Of a stretch of DNA of 64,000 nucleotides, positions 30,062 through 39,198 are shown piece after piece. The notes beneath the pieces are model-generated. The model saw only the letters and a list, made by a program, of their open reading frames with translations, searched no databases and was not told where the DNA came from. Numbering within the stretch: position 1 is the stretch's first letter; each line of letters begins with the position of its first letter. Origin of the DNA: a phage; sequence record PV357172.2; one strand, written 5' to 3'. The translations under genes and the position numbers were made by a program.

Positions 30062-30577
30062 ATGGCTAAGCAGAAAAACGCAAAAACTCAAGCAGCTCCG
30101 GCAGTTAAAACTTTCCCGAAGACTGAGGCTAATCGCAAAGCTCGGCTGGAACGTCACCTGCGTAAGCATCCTACCGATGCTCAGGCTGCGCAAGCACTGA
30201 ATAATCCGGCTCCGATTCGTAAGAAGCCTAAAGCTAAAAATGCCACCCGTAAATCCTACAAAATGGTTATGTATGTAGAAAATTACGGCCACAAATCTGT
30301 CCCAGTTTCCCTGAGCTTCAACGCTGGAGCTGAATTGTTCTCTCGTAATGGTATGTCTATGAAAGACTATGAGAAGGCAGTTAACCAGAAGCGTAAACCA
30401 ACAGCAGATGTATTGCGTGATACTCGTGGACAGTTTGGTTCTGTTAAGCCAAATATCTTTGGCGTAGAGTATAGTAAAGATAATGTTCGTGCTCTGTGTT
30501 ACGGTGTAGGCATTAAGTTCACGGGTGATTCTGCTCGTAAATCTGCTAAACCAGCTCGTAAACGTAAAGCGAAGTAA
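30062..30577 (+). CDS. basic Lys/Arg/Ala-rich protein, possibly nucleic-acid binding
   Basis: 171-aa ORF; strong codon bias; basic termini. Confidence 0.5.
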   Translation: MAKQKNAKTQAAPAVKTFPKTEANRKARLERHLRKHPTDAQAAQALNNPAPIRKKPKAKNATRKSYKMVMYVENYGHKSVPVSLSFNAGAELFSRNGMSMKDYEKAVNQKRKPTADVLRDTRGQFGSVKPNIFGVEYSKDNVRALCYGVGIKFTGDSARKSAKPARKRKAK

Positions 30578-30641
30578 TAGATAAATAGGGGCAGAAGCCC
30601 CTACAATCTACTAATTCTCTAACTAATCAAGGATATTTTTT

Positions 30642-30857
30642 ATGTTCTCTAAGAAACCACGTTCCGTTACTGAAATCGTTGCTTCCTTTACCACTATCAC
30701 TGATGAGCTTCAAGCTCGTATTGAGGCTGATCAAAAAATTGCGGCGGATATTCAGAAACAGCAGGAAGAACTCGCTTTAAAGTTGGCTGAAACCAACAAG
30801 AGTGAAAAATCTGCCCAAACTATTATGGAAAATATTCTTAAACTGCTGGGCGAGTAA
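30642..30857 (+). CDS. hypothetical protein (71 aa)
   Basis: ORF track; flanked by GC hairpins. Confidence 0.45.
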   Translation: MFSKKPRSVTEIVASFTTITDELQARIEADQKIAADIQKQQEELALKLAETNKSEKSAQTIMENILKLLGE

Positions 30858-30899
30858 TTTAAGTTAGGGGGCGAAAGCCCCTCTTAGTTTGGAGAAACT

Positions 30900-31136
30900 A
30901 TGCGTAATTTTGTAGCAAAGAATGATTTTAACCGTGCTAGCACTCATAAGTCCGCTAGAGATTATACACGACTTTCTAGTCACGAGGTAATGGATACCTG
31001 TTATGAAGAGCTGGAAGGTAGCTGGGATGAATGGCCCGACTTCTCTATGGAAGAGAACTGGGATGTCAGTGAGGATATGCTTCCTGGTTTTAAAGACCCC
31101 AAGAAGTGGGAGTCTATTAAAGAGACAGCTCTTTAA
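30900..31136 (+). CDS. hypothetical protein (78 aa)
   Basis: ORF track; GGAGAAACT RBS. Confidence 0.45.
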   Translation: MRNFVAKNDFNRASTHKSARDYTRLSSHEVMDTCYEELEGSWDEWPDFSMEENWDVSEDMLPGFKDPKKWESIKETAL

Positions 31137-31164
31137 TAGTTTTCTACACAGTAAAGGATAAGTT

Positions 31165-31866
31165 ATGAAAGTAAAACCATTTGGTATGCTAGATATTGAA
31201 TCTCTAGGAACTCCAGGAGATTGTGGTACTACTCATATCGTAATGCCTTCTTTCGCTTTTGTGGCTATGCATGGGGTTGATAAAGACCCTGATCTAGTAT
31301 TTGTTACTTTGGATGTGCAGGATCAGCTTAATTCTGGTGCCAAAGTTACAGCATCTACTCTAGCATTCTGGATGGATCAAGCTAAAAATAGCCCGTCTGC
31401 TATCCACATTATGGAAGCTATGAAGGAACGTAATCCAAAACTGATTGCCTTCCAAAATGGTAAACATCATTGCACTAATAAATTAGGCTCAAACTATGCT
31501 GCCTTCTCTATGGCTCAAAATATTATGGAGTTGGCTCTAGGCGAAAATGCTTTGTATTATGGCAATGGCCCAGAGTTTGATATGACTATCTACTCTGCAA
31601 ATACGTTCCATGCTGGAACCAATGAAGAGGTAGTTCCGTGGAAATTCTGGAATTTGGGCAATGTTCGATCTCTTCGTAATCTCTGGATGCAAGCTGGATA
31701 CAGTTATAAGGCTCTAGAGACCGAAGGTATTAGCTGGGCAATAGCTAAAATGGAGAAGATGGACACTATTCGTTATGGGATATATCCGGTTAAGCACGAC
31801 CCAGCATTCGATGCCTTAGTTGAGAGCTATTGTGTTGCGGCTATGATCGAAAAAATGAAAATTTGA
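31165..31866 (+). CDS. putative DEDDh-family 3'-5' exonuclease
   Basis: Exo I-like MLDIESLG and Exo III-like HDPAFDALVESY motifs. Confidence 0.5.
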   Translation: MKVKPFGMLDIESLGTPGDCGTTHIVMPSFAFVAMHGVDKDPDLVFVTLDVQDQLNSGAKVTASTLAFWMDQAKNSPSAIHIMEAMKERNPKLIAFQNGKHHCTNKLGSNYAAFSMAQNIMELALGENALYYGNGPEFDMTIYSANTFHAGTNEEVVPWKFWNLGNVRSLRNLWMQAGYSYKALETEGISWAIAKMEKMDTIRYGIYPVKHDPAFDALVESYCVAAMIEKMKI

Positions 31867-31936
31867 TTTGCTTCCGGCTCCAAAATTCTGTATAATATAT
31901 TCATAAATTTGAGAAAACAATAAAAGGAAAACAAAT

Positions 31937-32119
31937 ATGCCAGTATCTAAAAATGTTCGTAAAAATGGTAAGAAAGCTACTCGTAATCTGGGTATCCGTC
32001 GTATGGCTGAACGTCAATCAGGTATCCAGAAAATCTTTGATCTGTTAAATCGTGCTAATCCTAAAATTGATAACAGTAAAGATACTGTTCTGCGTACCTT
32101 ACTGGCAATGGGTCTGTAA
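31937..32119 (+). CDS. small basic protein (60 aa)
   Basis: ORF track; promoter module and AAAAGGAAAACAAAT leader upstream. Confidence 0.45.
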   Translation: MPVSKNVRKNGKKATRNLGIRRMAERQSGIQKIFDLLNRANPKIDNSKDTVLRTLLAMGL

Positions 32120-32171
32120 TAGACCAACTTTAAACAAATTCAAATCTTAAACTTCATATAAGGAAGAAACA

Positions 32172-32810
32172 ATGACTACTCGTATTTCTAAAACTCGCGA
32201 TCTGGCAACTATCAAATCTCTGGAAGCTAAAATCCGTAAAGCTACTGAACAACAGCTTCTGATCGCTGTTGGTGAAGGTAAGGATAAAAATAAGGTTGTA
32301 GTTGGCGCTGCAATCGAAGTAGACGATCTGTCTGCTCGTATTAAGGCAGATTTCCAATCTCTCCTAGATATGATGTCCCAGCGTGATCGTATCAAAGCTG
32401 CTCTGATTAAGAGCAATGCGGAAACAGTAGTTGAGATTGGTTCTCGTAAAATGACTGTTGCAGAAGCAATTGAAGCTAAGCGTTCTATGGAGCTTAAAGC
32501 TCAGTTGCTGGCTAATATGCGTAAGCAGTTCCATGCCGCTACGGTTAAGTTTAATACGCAGAAAGCACAGTTTGATGCTAAATATGAGCGTTTGCAGGAT
32601 AGCATGGCTACCCGCGATAAGAAAACTTCCGAAGATGAAGTTAAAATGCAGCTCAACCTGCTGGAACTCAAGAATACTCCATTCTTGATTGATCCGCTGG
32701 AGCTGGAGAAGCTGATCAAGCAGCACGACGAAGAATATCAGGACTTTGCAACTAATGTTGACTTTGTTCTGTCTGAGTCTAATGCCTCTACTTTCATTGA
32801 AGTAGAGTAA
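32172..32810 (+). CDS. coiled-coil protein of unknown function (212 aa)
   Basis: ORF track; strong codon bias; heptad-like sequence. Confidence 0.5.
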   Translation: MTTRISKTRDLATIKSLEAKIRKATEQQLLIAVGEGKDKNKVVVGAAIEVDDLSARIKADFQSLLDMMSQRDRIKAALIKSNAETVVEIGSRKMTVAEAIEAKRSMELKAQLLANMRKQFHAATVKFNTQKAQFDAKYERLQDSMATRDKKTSEDEVKMQLNLLELKNTPFLIDPLELEKLIKQHDEEYQDFATNVDFVLSESNASTFIEVE

Positions 32811-33252
32811 TAATTTAAAAGCTAGTAAATCGGTAGACGAAAGCCCAAGCATCTTACCTCGCAGCAGCGGTTGAAATACGAGGTTAAATAAGACCGCTGA
32901 CCATACTATAAAGTATAATCTATTGGAGATTATGTTTATTACATCAGACATTTAATCTGACACGTAAAAACAAAGAGTCGTTGATATTACCGACACAACT
33001 TCAAAGATCAACATTTAAGTATGAAAGCTGAAAAGTTTAAAGAACTCAAACTTCTAAACTTCTAAAGCTAAAAGATGCAAAGTATTCGTTGATGATTCAA
33101 ACCCTAGATCAAAGGTACATGGCTCATAAGATATGGCCTGTGGCGCCTCTAGGCTGTTTATCGGTTTACTAGTTTCACAATTTAAAAATGTATTTGCTAA
33201 TCTACTAAATTATATGTATAATATATTTTTAAATTGATGAAACGAGGCTATT

Positions 33253-34074
33253 ATGGGTAAATTACAAAAACAAATACTACCACATATAGATTATATTCGA
33301 GAAATTATAGAGTATAATCCTTATACTGGTAAATTATTTTATAAGCCTAATAAATACAAGAATAAAACTTGGCACACCCTATATGCTGGGAGAGAAATAT
33401 GTAGTAAGAACTCTGATGGGTATATCAGAGTTAGTTTGCTCTTAGATAATAAACCCACAATTATTTATGGACACCGAATAGCGTGGTTGCTCCATTATGG
33501 TGAAGAGCCTCCTTATATGATCGACCATATAAATACCATACCGTGGGATAACAGAATTGTTAATCTAAGAGAGACAAATTTTAAGTTAAATAGGATTAAT
33601 ACTAATAAAACCGTAGGTGTAGAACTCCTCCCCGAGGGTTTTGTGTATAGCATTACATTAGGTGGAAAGTTTTTCGTATCTCCTGGCTTCACCACTTTCG
33701 AACAAGCTAAAGGGGAAAGAGAAAAACTAGTAAATGGTTTATGTAATGCAGAAATTGGGAAGCAGACCAATATTCTAATAGACGATGTTAGAGATCTACC
33801 TGAAATGTCCATTATTTGTCGTACAGTTATAGGTGCGCTGGAACTATCAGATATGTTTAGTTTTACTGGTTCCTACCTATTTATGGACTCAGATCTAGGA
33901 GACCCAGAAGTACAAGGAAAAGACTTATTAGATTATATACTCTTTTTAGGTCAAAGACCTTTGAAAGTAGTTCTAGTAACATCCAACCCTGTTGACGCAG
34001 AGTACATGAGAGGTACTCTTACGTCTTATGGTTATCGAGAAAATCCCAATAGGTTAGAATATGACCTATTTTAA
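33253..34074 (+). CDS. HNH endonuclease with C-terminal extension
   Basis: HNH motif YGHRIAWLLHYGEEPPYMIDHINTIPWDNRIVNL in N-terminal half. Confidence 0.65.
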   Translation: MGKLQKQILPHIDYIREIIEYNPYTGKLFYKPNKYKNKTWHTLYAGREICSKNSDGYIRVSLLLDNKPTIIYGHRIAWLLHYGEEPPYMIDHINTIPWDNRIVNLRETNFKLNRINTNKTVGVELLPEGFVYSITLGGKFFVSPGFTTFEQAKGEREKLVNGLCNAEIGKQTNILIDDVRDLPEMSIICRTVIGALELSDMFSFTGSYLFMDSDLGDPEVQGKDLLDYILFLGQRPLKVVLVTSNPVDAEYMRGTLTSYGYRENPNRLEYDLF

Positions 34075-34086
34075 GGAGTAAAAAGA

Positions 34087-34536
34087 ATGAAGGCAGCTTT
34101 GCTTTTAGTAGCTGCCCTTACCTTCAGCTTTAGTAGTCAGGCATCGCACGATGCAAAAGAAATAGATTGCATTGCTAAAAATATCTATTTTGAAAGTCGT
34201 GGTGAGGGCATAAATGGAATGATGGCGATTGCACATGTTACTAAAAACCGTGTAAACTCCGGTAAATTCCCAGATTCCTACTGTAAAGTAGTATATCAGT
34301 CTACCCAGTTCTCTTGGGTATCTAAGAGACCAAAAGTTGATAAAACGGATGAGGCTTGGCAAACCGCTAAGAATTTAGCTAGAGTGATATACTACGTTGA
34401 TTTACCACAAGATCCAACACATGGAGCACTATACTTCCATAGTGGTAAAGATAAACCTTACTGGACAAAGAAGTTTAAGAAAACAACGAAGATTCAAGGC
34501 CATACGTTCTACAAGCCTGCGGTCACTAAAACTTAA
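34087..34536 (+). CDS. secreted SleB-like cell wall hydrolase
   Basis: Signal peptide MKAALLLVAALTFSFSSQA; motif NIYFESRGEG...AIAHVTKNR typical of the SleB/Hydrolase_2 family. Confidence 0.55.
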   Translation: MKAALLLVAALTFSFSSQASHDAKEIDCIAKNIYFESRGEGINGMMAIAHVTKNRVNSGKFPDSYCKVVYQSTQFSWVSKRPKVDKTDEAWQTAKNLARVIYYVDLPQDPTHGALYFHSGKDKPYWTKKFKKTTKIQGHTFYKPAVTKT

Positions 34537-34605
34537 AAATTTATTTGCTTAAATACTTAAACTTCTGTATAATACTTTCATAAATTAATGAGAGGAAGCG
34601 AAATA

Positions 34606-34776
34606 TGAAGAACTTGATCGTCATTGGTGTTAACACTCGCGGTATTCGTACTACGAAAACTATTAAAACTTCTAACGTTGCTGAAATCACTACGAACCCT
34701 AAAAAGTTTGATTTCGCCAAAGTCTCAGCAGTTATGACGGAGCAATCTTTTAACCAAGCGTTAGGACTGAAATAAT
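34606..34776 (+). CDS. small protein (about 56 aa)
   Basis: Below track threshold; ATG at 34606 directly after promoter module and GAGAGGAAG RBS. Confidence 0.4.
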
Positions 34777-35218
34777 GGAAGAGAATATTTTAGATGTTTT
34801 GCGTAGAGCTTTGCAGGATTCTAAGTTTAATGGTTCTGATAAAGAAGTCGCTAAAAGCTATCAGACCATAATCGGGGATCTTCAGCGTATTGATAAAGAT
34901 TTCATCACTTCTGAACAATTTGTGTCTTATCTCAAAGCTCAACTAAAAAGCATTAACCAGATGAAAGCTAAACTTCATGGTCAAGATCTTGATAGTTATA
35001 GCTTGCAGTCCGCTCAGTATGAATACATTCTAAATAAGTGGTTGCAGGAGTATCTGCCTCCTCAGTTATCTGATACTGAGATTCGTAAATACTTTGCAGA
35101 ATTAGTTAAGCTAAACCCTGGAATTACAAAAGGTATGCTGATGAAAGCGATTAAGGAAGAATTTCCTGGGCGTTATGATGGTGGTACTGCTGCTCAGATT
35201 GCTGGCGAATTTAATTAA
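34775..35218 (+). CDS. hypothetical protein (147 aa)
   Basis: ORF track; ATGA start-stop overlap with preceding small ORF. Confidence 0.5.
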   Translation: MEENILDVLRRALQDSKFNGSDKEVAKSYQTIIGDLQRIDKDFITSEQFVSYLKAQLKSINQMKAKLHGQDLDSYSLQSAQYEYILNKWLQEYLPPQLSDTEIRKYFAELVKLNPGITKGMLMKAIKEEFPGRYDGGTAAQIAGEFN

Positions 35219-35478
35219 AAATTTACTTGCTAAATGCTTATAAATTCTGTATAATATATTCATAAATTAGGGAACAGCGAGCCGATTACGCTGAGTGCAG
35301 AATCCCAACCGGAGCGCATTGAATAGAGTCGGTGGGTTAGTTGTAAAACTAGTACACAGGGGGCGGCAATCCCGGTTAGTGGCTAGAACGTGTAAAATGA
35401 GGCGTCTGAAACCTCTCCCCTAAACTCTTCTCTAATTTATAAATAGTGGGGTGTGGAAATCACTTATGTAGTAACACT

Positions 35479-35550
35479 GCCGTCCTAGTATAATTGGTAT
35501 TATCAAGCCGTAACTGGTGGAAGATGTAGGTTCGAATCCTACGGTCGGTA
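35479..35550 (+). tRNA. tRNA-like element (possibly degenerate; anticodon not resolved)
   Basis: T-arm GTAGG-TTCGAAT-CCTAC and a 7-bp acceptor with one mismatch; anticodon stem does not fold cleanly. Confidence 0.3.
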
Positions 35551-36052
35551 AGAACTGGATAACTGATGCTTTTAACGTAAAAGCTTCCGAGGTTAGTTGC
35601 GCACTGCCTAAACCACGCGGTAGTTGGTTCCAGACTAACCAACCAGTCTGCTGAATAGTTTTATTACGATTTAACTATGCCCAGGCTAAAGAAGAACTTT
35701 AGAAGGTATTCTAGGATAGTGAAGTTCTTTCTCCATATCGGAGTAGTTTTTCAAGCTATCCACAAAGTGGGAAATGCTGACATGAGAGATGTCACTAATG
35801 GTGCACAATAGCACAGGTAATTCGCGATAACCCCTGTTGAGTAGCAGCAAAAGGCGGGAAGTCATGACCCCAAGCCTAACCGAGTCCTCAATATACCGCA
35901 GGACATAACCACTAAGTCCCCCTGACTTAAACTGGAAAATAATAGACGTTACTGTATTTTGTCTTGAAATACTTAATGAGTGAGACTTATGACTCTCCCG
36001 GTATCGTCTGTATTTTTAAGAGTTTTTACGAGAGTTCTTAAAAATACTTAAA

Positions 36053-36127
36053 CGGGGTGTAGTCTAAGGGAGAGGCAGGAGTCTTCTAAATTCCTTTATG
36101 CAGGTTCGAATCCTGTCACCTCGGCCA
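36053..36127 (+). tRNA. tRNA-Arg (anticodon TCT)
   Basis: Hand-folded cloverleaf: acceptor CGGGGTG/CACCTCG, anticodon loop CTTCTAA, T-arm GCAGG-TTCGAAT-CCTGT, encoded CCA. Confidence 0.65.
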
Positions 36128-36161
36128 ATTTTATTAACTGTAGCTAAAACAAAGGAAATAT

Positions 36162-37109
36162 ATGTTTAATACTAAAAATATGAAAGAACTGACTTCTGAG
36201 CAGAAAGTAATTCGTACTATTAAACGTTGGGGTATTGGTGCTGTAGTTGGTTTAGCAGGTTTAATCCTAGCTTTTAATTCATATACTGTTGTTCAAGACG
36301 GTACTGTTAAAACCCAGACTTTCCTGGGTAAAGTTGACCCTAGCCCAGTATTACCCGGCTTTCATATTGTAAATCCTTTTGCTTCTTTCGATACTTTTAG
36401 TACTAAAGATATTGCCCTAAAATTAGATAAACTTCAGGTTCCTAGCCAGGATAAGTTTAAATCCACTGTTGACCTGACTGTTATGTTGCAGTTTGATGGT
36501 TCTAAGGCACCAATTAACCGTATTAACGCAGGTACTCAGGATCAGGCGTTAGACAAGTATGTAACTGAAAAATTACTGTCTACTATTCGTGAGTTTGGTA
36601 AGTCTGTACCTAAAGCACAAGATTTGTTTGATGCTAAAATTCAGGCTCAATTGCAAACTGCAATTCAACAGGAAGTTGAAGAGTATGCACGCCCATATGG
36701 TTACACAGTTAAGCAGGTATTCCTTCAGGATATTACTTTGCCACCGGTAATCATGGAACAGGTACAGAATACCAAAGTTCGTGAAGAGCAAGTTAATGCT
36801 GCGAAAGCTGAACTGGCCCGCGTTGAACAAGAAGCGCAGCAAAAGGTTAAACAAGCAGAAGCAGACCGTGAAGCTCGCAACAACCAAGCTATTGCTAATG
36901 AACGTGACGCAGATGCTAAACTGTACGCAGCTAAGAAAGAAGCTGAAGCTAACGCCGCATTGCAACGTACCATTACTCCTGAGATGATTCGCTGGAAGCA
37001 ACTGGAAGTTGAAATGCTTCGTGCTGAAAAATACCAAGGTGGTGTACCGCAAACAGTAGTGGGAACTGGTTACGATGGCCAGATGATCATGGATATGCGT
37101 AATAAGTAA
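36162..37109 (+). CDS. SPFH/band-7 (prohibitin/HflK-like) membrane protein
   Basis: N-terminal TM segment, SPFH-like core, Ala/Glu/Gln-rich coiled-coil tail. Confidence 0.55.
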   Translation: MFNTKNMKELTSEQKVIRTIKRWGIGAVVGLAGLILAFNSYTVVQDGTVKTQTFLGKVDPSPVLPGFHIVNPFASFDTFSTKDIALKLDKLQVPSQDKFKSTVDLTVMLQFDGSKAPINRINAGTQDQALDKYVTEKLLSTIREFGKSVPKAQDLFDAKIQAQLQTAIQQEVEEYARPYGYTVKQVFLQDITLPPVIMEQVQNTKVREEQVNAAKAELARVEQEAQQKVKQAEADREARNNQAIANERDADAKLYAAKKEAEANAALQRTITPEMIRWKQLEVEMLRAEKYQGGVPQTVVGTGYDGQMIMDMRNK

Positions 37110-37145
37110 TATCCGCATGTAATCTCTGAAGTAAGCCCTGTGTTC

Positions 37146-37175
37146 CCTGGAGAGCGCAGGGCTTTTCTGTATTTA
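37146..37175 (+). terminator. rho-independent terminator
   Basis: Hairpin CCCTG-GAGAGCG-CAGGG followed by CTTTTCTGTATTT. Confidence 0.55.
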
Positions 37176-37299
37176 AGGCAAAAGAAAAAGCCCATAAGTT
37201 ATTCAACTAAGGTCTTTAGTATTTAATTCTTTAGAATCATATAATATTATTGCAGCAACAACGTGCTAACCTTAAGTGCCCTGCAATTTTCCTCTAAAA

Positions 37300-37350
37300 A
37301 GTTAAAAAATTCGATTGCTTGAATGCTAAATTCTCTGTATAATATATTTA
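37300..37350 (+). promoter_or_regulatory. sigma70-like strong early promoter
   Basis: TTGCTT at 37315-37320, 17-nt spacer, TGTATAAT ending at 37343. Confidence 0.6.
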
Positions 37351-37373
37351 TAAATTTGAGAGAGGAATCAAAT

Positions 37374-38429
37374 ATGATTAAGACTGGTCTAGTAATTGGT
37401 AAGTTCGCACCATTAACGCGTGGTCATATTAACCTAATAAACACAGCAGCAACTATGTGTGAACGAGTTATTGTTGTAGTTAGTCATGATAATCGTTGGC
37501 TGGATAAGCAGAACACACGTGATCAGGAAGTATTACAGTTAAAGAATCGACTTCGTTGGTTAGAACAAACTTACGCGGATATTGAGCACATTTCGGTAGA
37601 GTACATTATTGAAGATGATATTCCTGAATATCCGAATGGTTGGCCGGAATATGCTAGAATCCTTAATGAAAATTACGGACATTTGCCTGAGATCACCGTT
37701 TTCTCTAGCGAACTAGACTATGATGCAGAATATAAGAAATATCTGCCGAAGTTTGGTCATTATATTGTAGATTCTGATCGGACTCGTGTTCCAATCTCAG
37801 CTACAATGATTCGTAATGATCTTATGAAGTATTGGGAGTTTCTTCCTAGCTTAGTTCGTAAAGATTACGTGCGTAAGGTTGTAATCATTGGGACTGAAAG
37901 CTCGGGAAAGACTACTTTAACAAAATACCTTGCGAAGCTATACAACACTTCGTGGGTAGAAGAATATGGCCGAACGTATTGTGAAGTTGATCTAGTTGGT
38001 AACGAAAATCTACTTACCAGTGAAGATTACAGTAAAATTGCGTTCAGACACAAAGAGCTAGAGTTTGAAGCAGAACGTACTGCAAATAAGATCATGTTTG
38101 TGGATACAAATGCTTTTATTACTGAGTTCTACCACAGACTTTATGAACATAGTAAGAACCCTGTGGTTACAGCAATTGCAAAAGTAGAACATTACGATTT
38201 AGTAATTGTTCTAGCGCCTACTGTCAAGTGGGTAGATGATGATTTACGTATTAACTCCGATCGTTCAATTACTTCTGAACTGTTCGAGCAGATGAAGAAA
38301 GAATTTCCAAATCAGTTCCCTGAAGGGCGTACTGTTTACATCGACTCTCCGGACTACAAAGTTCGTATGGACGAAGCAGTAAACGCAGTAGACTGGCTGA
38401 TTCATCACTTTAACGTTGGAGAGTTTTAA
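37374..38429 (+). CDS. NadR-like bifunctional NMN adenylyltransferase / ribosylnicotinamide kinase
   Basis: N-terminal nucleotidyltransferase motif GKFAPLTRGHINLI; C-terminal P-loop IIGTESSGKTTL. Confidence 0.65.
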   Translation: MIKTGLVIGKFAPLTRGHINLINTAATMCERVIVVVSHDNRWLDKQNTRDQEVLQLKNRLRWLEQTYADIEHISVEYIIEDDIPEYPNGWPEYARILNENYGHLPEITVFSSELDYDAEYKKYLPKFGHYIVDSDRTRVPISATMIRNDLMKYWEFLPSLVRKDYVRKVVIIGTESSGKTTLTKYLAKLYNTSWVEEYGRTYCEVDLVGNENLLTSEDYSKIAFRHKELEFEAERTANKIMFVDTNAFITEFYHRLYEHSKNPVVTAIAKVEHYDLVIVLAPTVKWVDDDLRINSDRSITSELFEQMKKEFPNQFPEGRTVYIDSPDYKVRMDEAVNAVDWLIHHFNVGEF

Positions 38430-38430
38430 T

Positions 38431-39108
38431 ATGACTAACTATCTCGTAAATGACTTTAAAAACTGGAAACCTCTGGAATATCTGTGGCTGCTCATAGCGG
38501 TTGTCTTCATTAGTTTAGCAAACTATAATGGTACAGCTCTAGATTGGGCTACTGCAATAACCAATGTGGTTTGTGTTATTCTGGTTGCAAAAGGACGTGT
38601 TTCCAACTATATTTGGGGCTTAGTGGGTGTTCTTACATATGGTATTACAGCTTTAAACGCAGATCTTTATGGTAACGCTGCACTAAACCTGCTATACTAC
38701 GTTCCTATGCAGTTTTATGGAATGTACTTATGGCATAAAAATAAACCAAGTAATCTGCCAGACGTTCCAACTAAGGTTCTGACTAAAGCTCAGGCTTTAT
38801 TAACTCTTGGGATTCTAGCAGTAGCTACTCTAGGCTATGGCAGCTTCCTCGCTACCACAGCAGATCCGTTCCCAATGCTCGATGCATTTACTGCGGTTGG
38901 TAGTGTAATTGCTATGTGGCTTATGGTCAAGCAGTATGCTGAACAATGGCTAATCTGGATTGCCATTAATATTGGTACTGTATACATTTGGTTTGTAACT
39001 GCTCAGTCTACAGGTGCTTCTTATGCAATCCTAGCAATGTGGCTGGTATTCTTTGGTAACTCTGTACTTGGAGCCTATAAAGGGTACTTTGTACGCGTTA
39101 ACAAATAA
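38431..39108 (+). CDS. PnuC-like nicotinamide riboside transporter
   Basis: Multi-TM protein immediately downstream of NadR-like gene; ATG at 38431 after GGAGAG. Confidence 0.55.
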   Translation: MTNYLVNDFKNWKPLEYLWLLIAVVFISLANYNGTALDWATAITNVVCVILVAKGRVSNYIWGLVGVLTYGITALNADLYGNAALNLLYYVPMQFYGMYLWHKNKPSNLPDVPTKVLTKAQALLTLGILAVATLGYGSFLATTADPFPMLDAFTAVGSVIAMWLMVKQYAEQWLIWIAINIGTVYIWFVTAQSTGASYAILAMWLVFFGNSVLGAYKGYFVRVNK

Positions 39109-39116
39109 AATAGTTA

Positions 39117-39150
39117 TAGCCCTCAAAGCGAGGGCTATTATCCAGAAAAT
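39117..39150 (+). terminator. rho-independent terminator (weak U-tract)
   Basis: Hairpin AGCCCTC-AAAGC-GAGGGCT followed by ATTATCC. Confidence 0.4.
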
Positions 39151-39151
39151 T

Positions 39152-39192
39152 TCACTTGCTAAATGCCGAGATTTTCTGTATAATATATTTAT
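39152..39192 (+). promoter_or_regulatory. sigma70-like promoter driving tRNA transcription
   Basis: TTGCTA at 39156-39161, 17-nt spacer, TGTATAAT ending at 39184; tRNA-Ser begins about 15 nt downstream. Confidence 0.6.
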
Positions 39193-39198
39193 AAATTC

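Noticed and set aside
32364-32951. 195-aa minus-strand ORF antisense to the coiled-coil gene
   Set aside because: It lies on the opposite strand to a codon-biased gene with promoter and RBS; its low-complexity translation is typical of an antisense artefact.
34580-34605. Hammerhead ribozyme-like CTGATGA/GAAA core in the recurring TTGATGAGAGG leader
   Set aside because: The motif lacks the flanking helices and conserved C before TGATGA; it sits exactly where an RBS is expected and is followed by ATG in nearly every copy.
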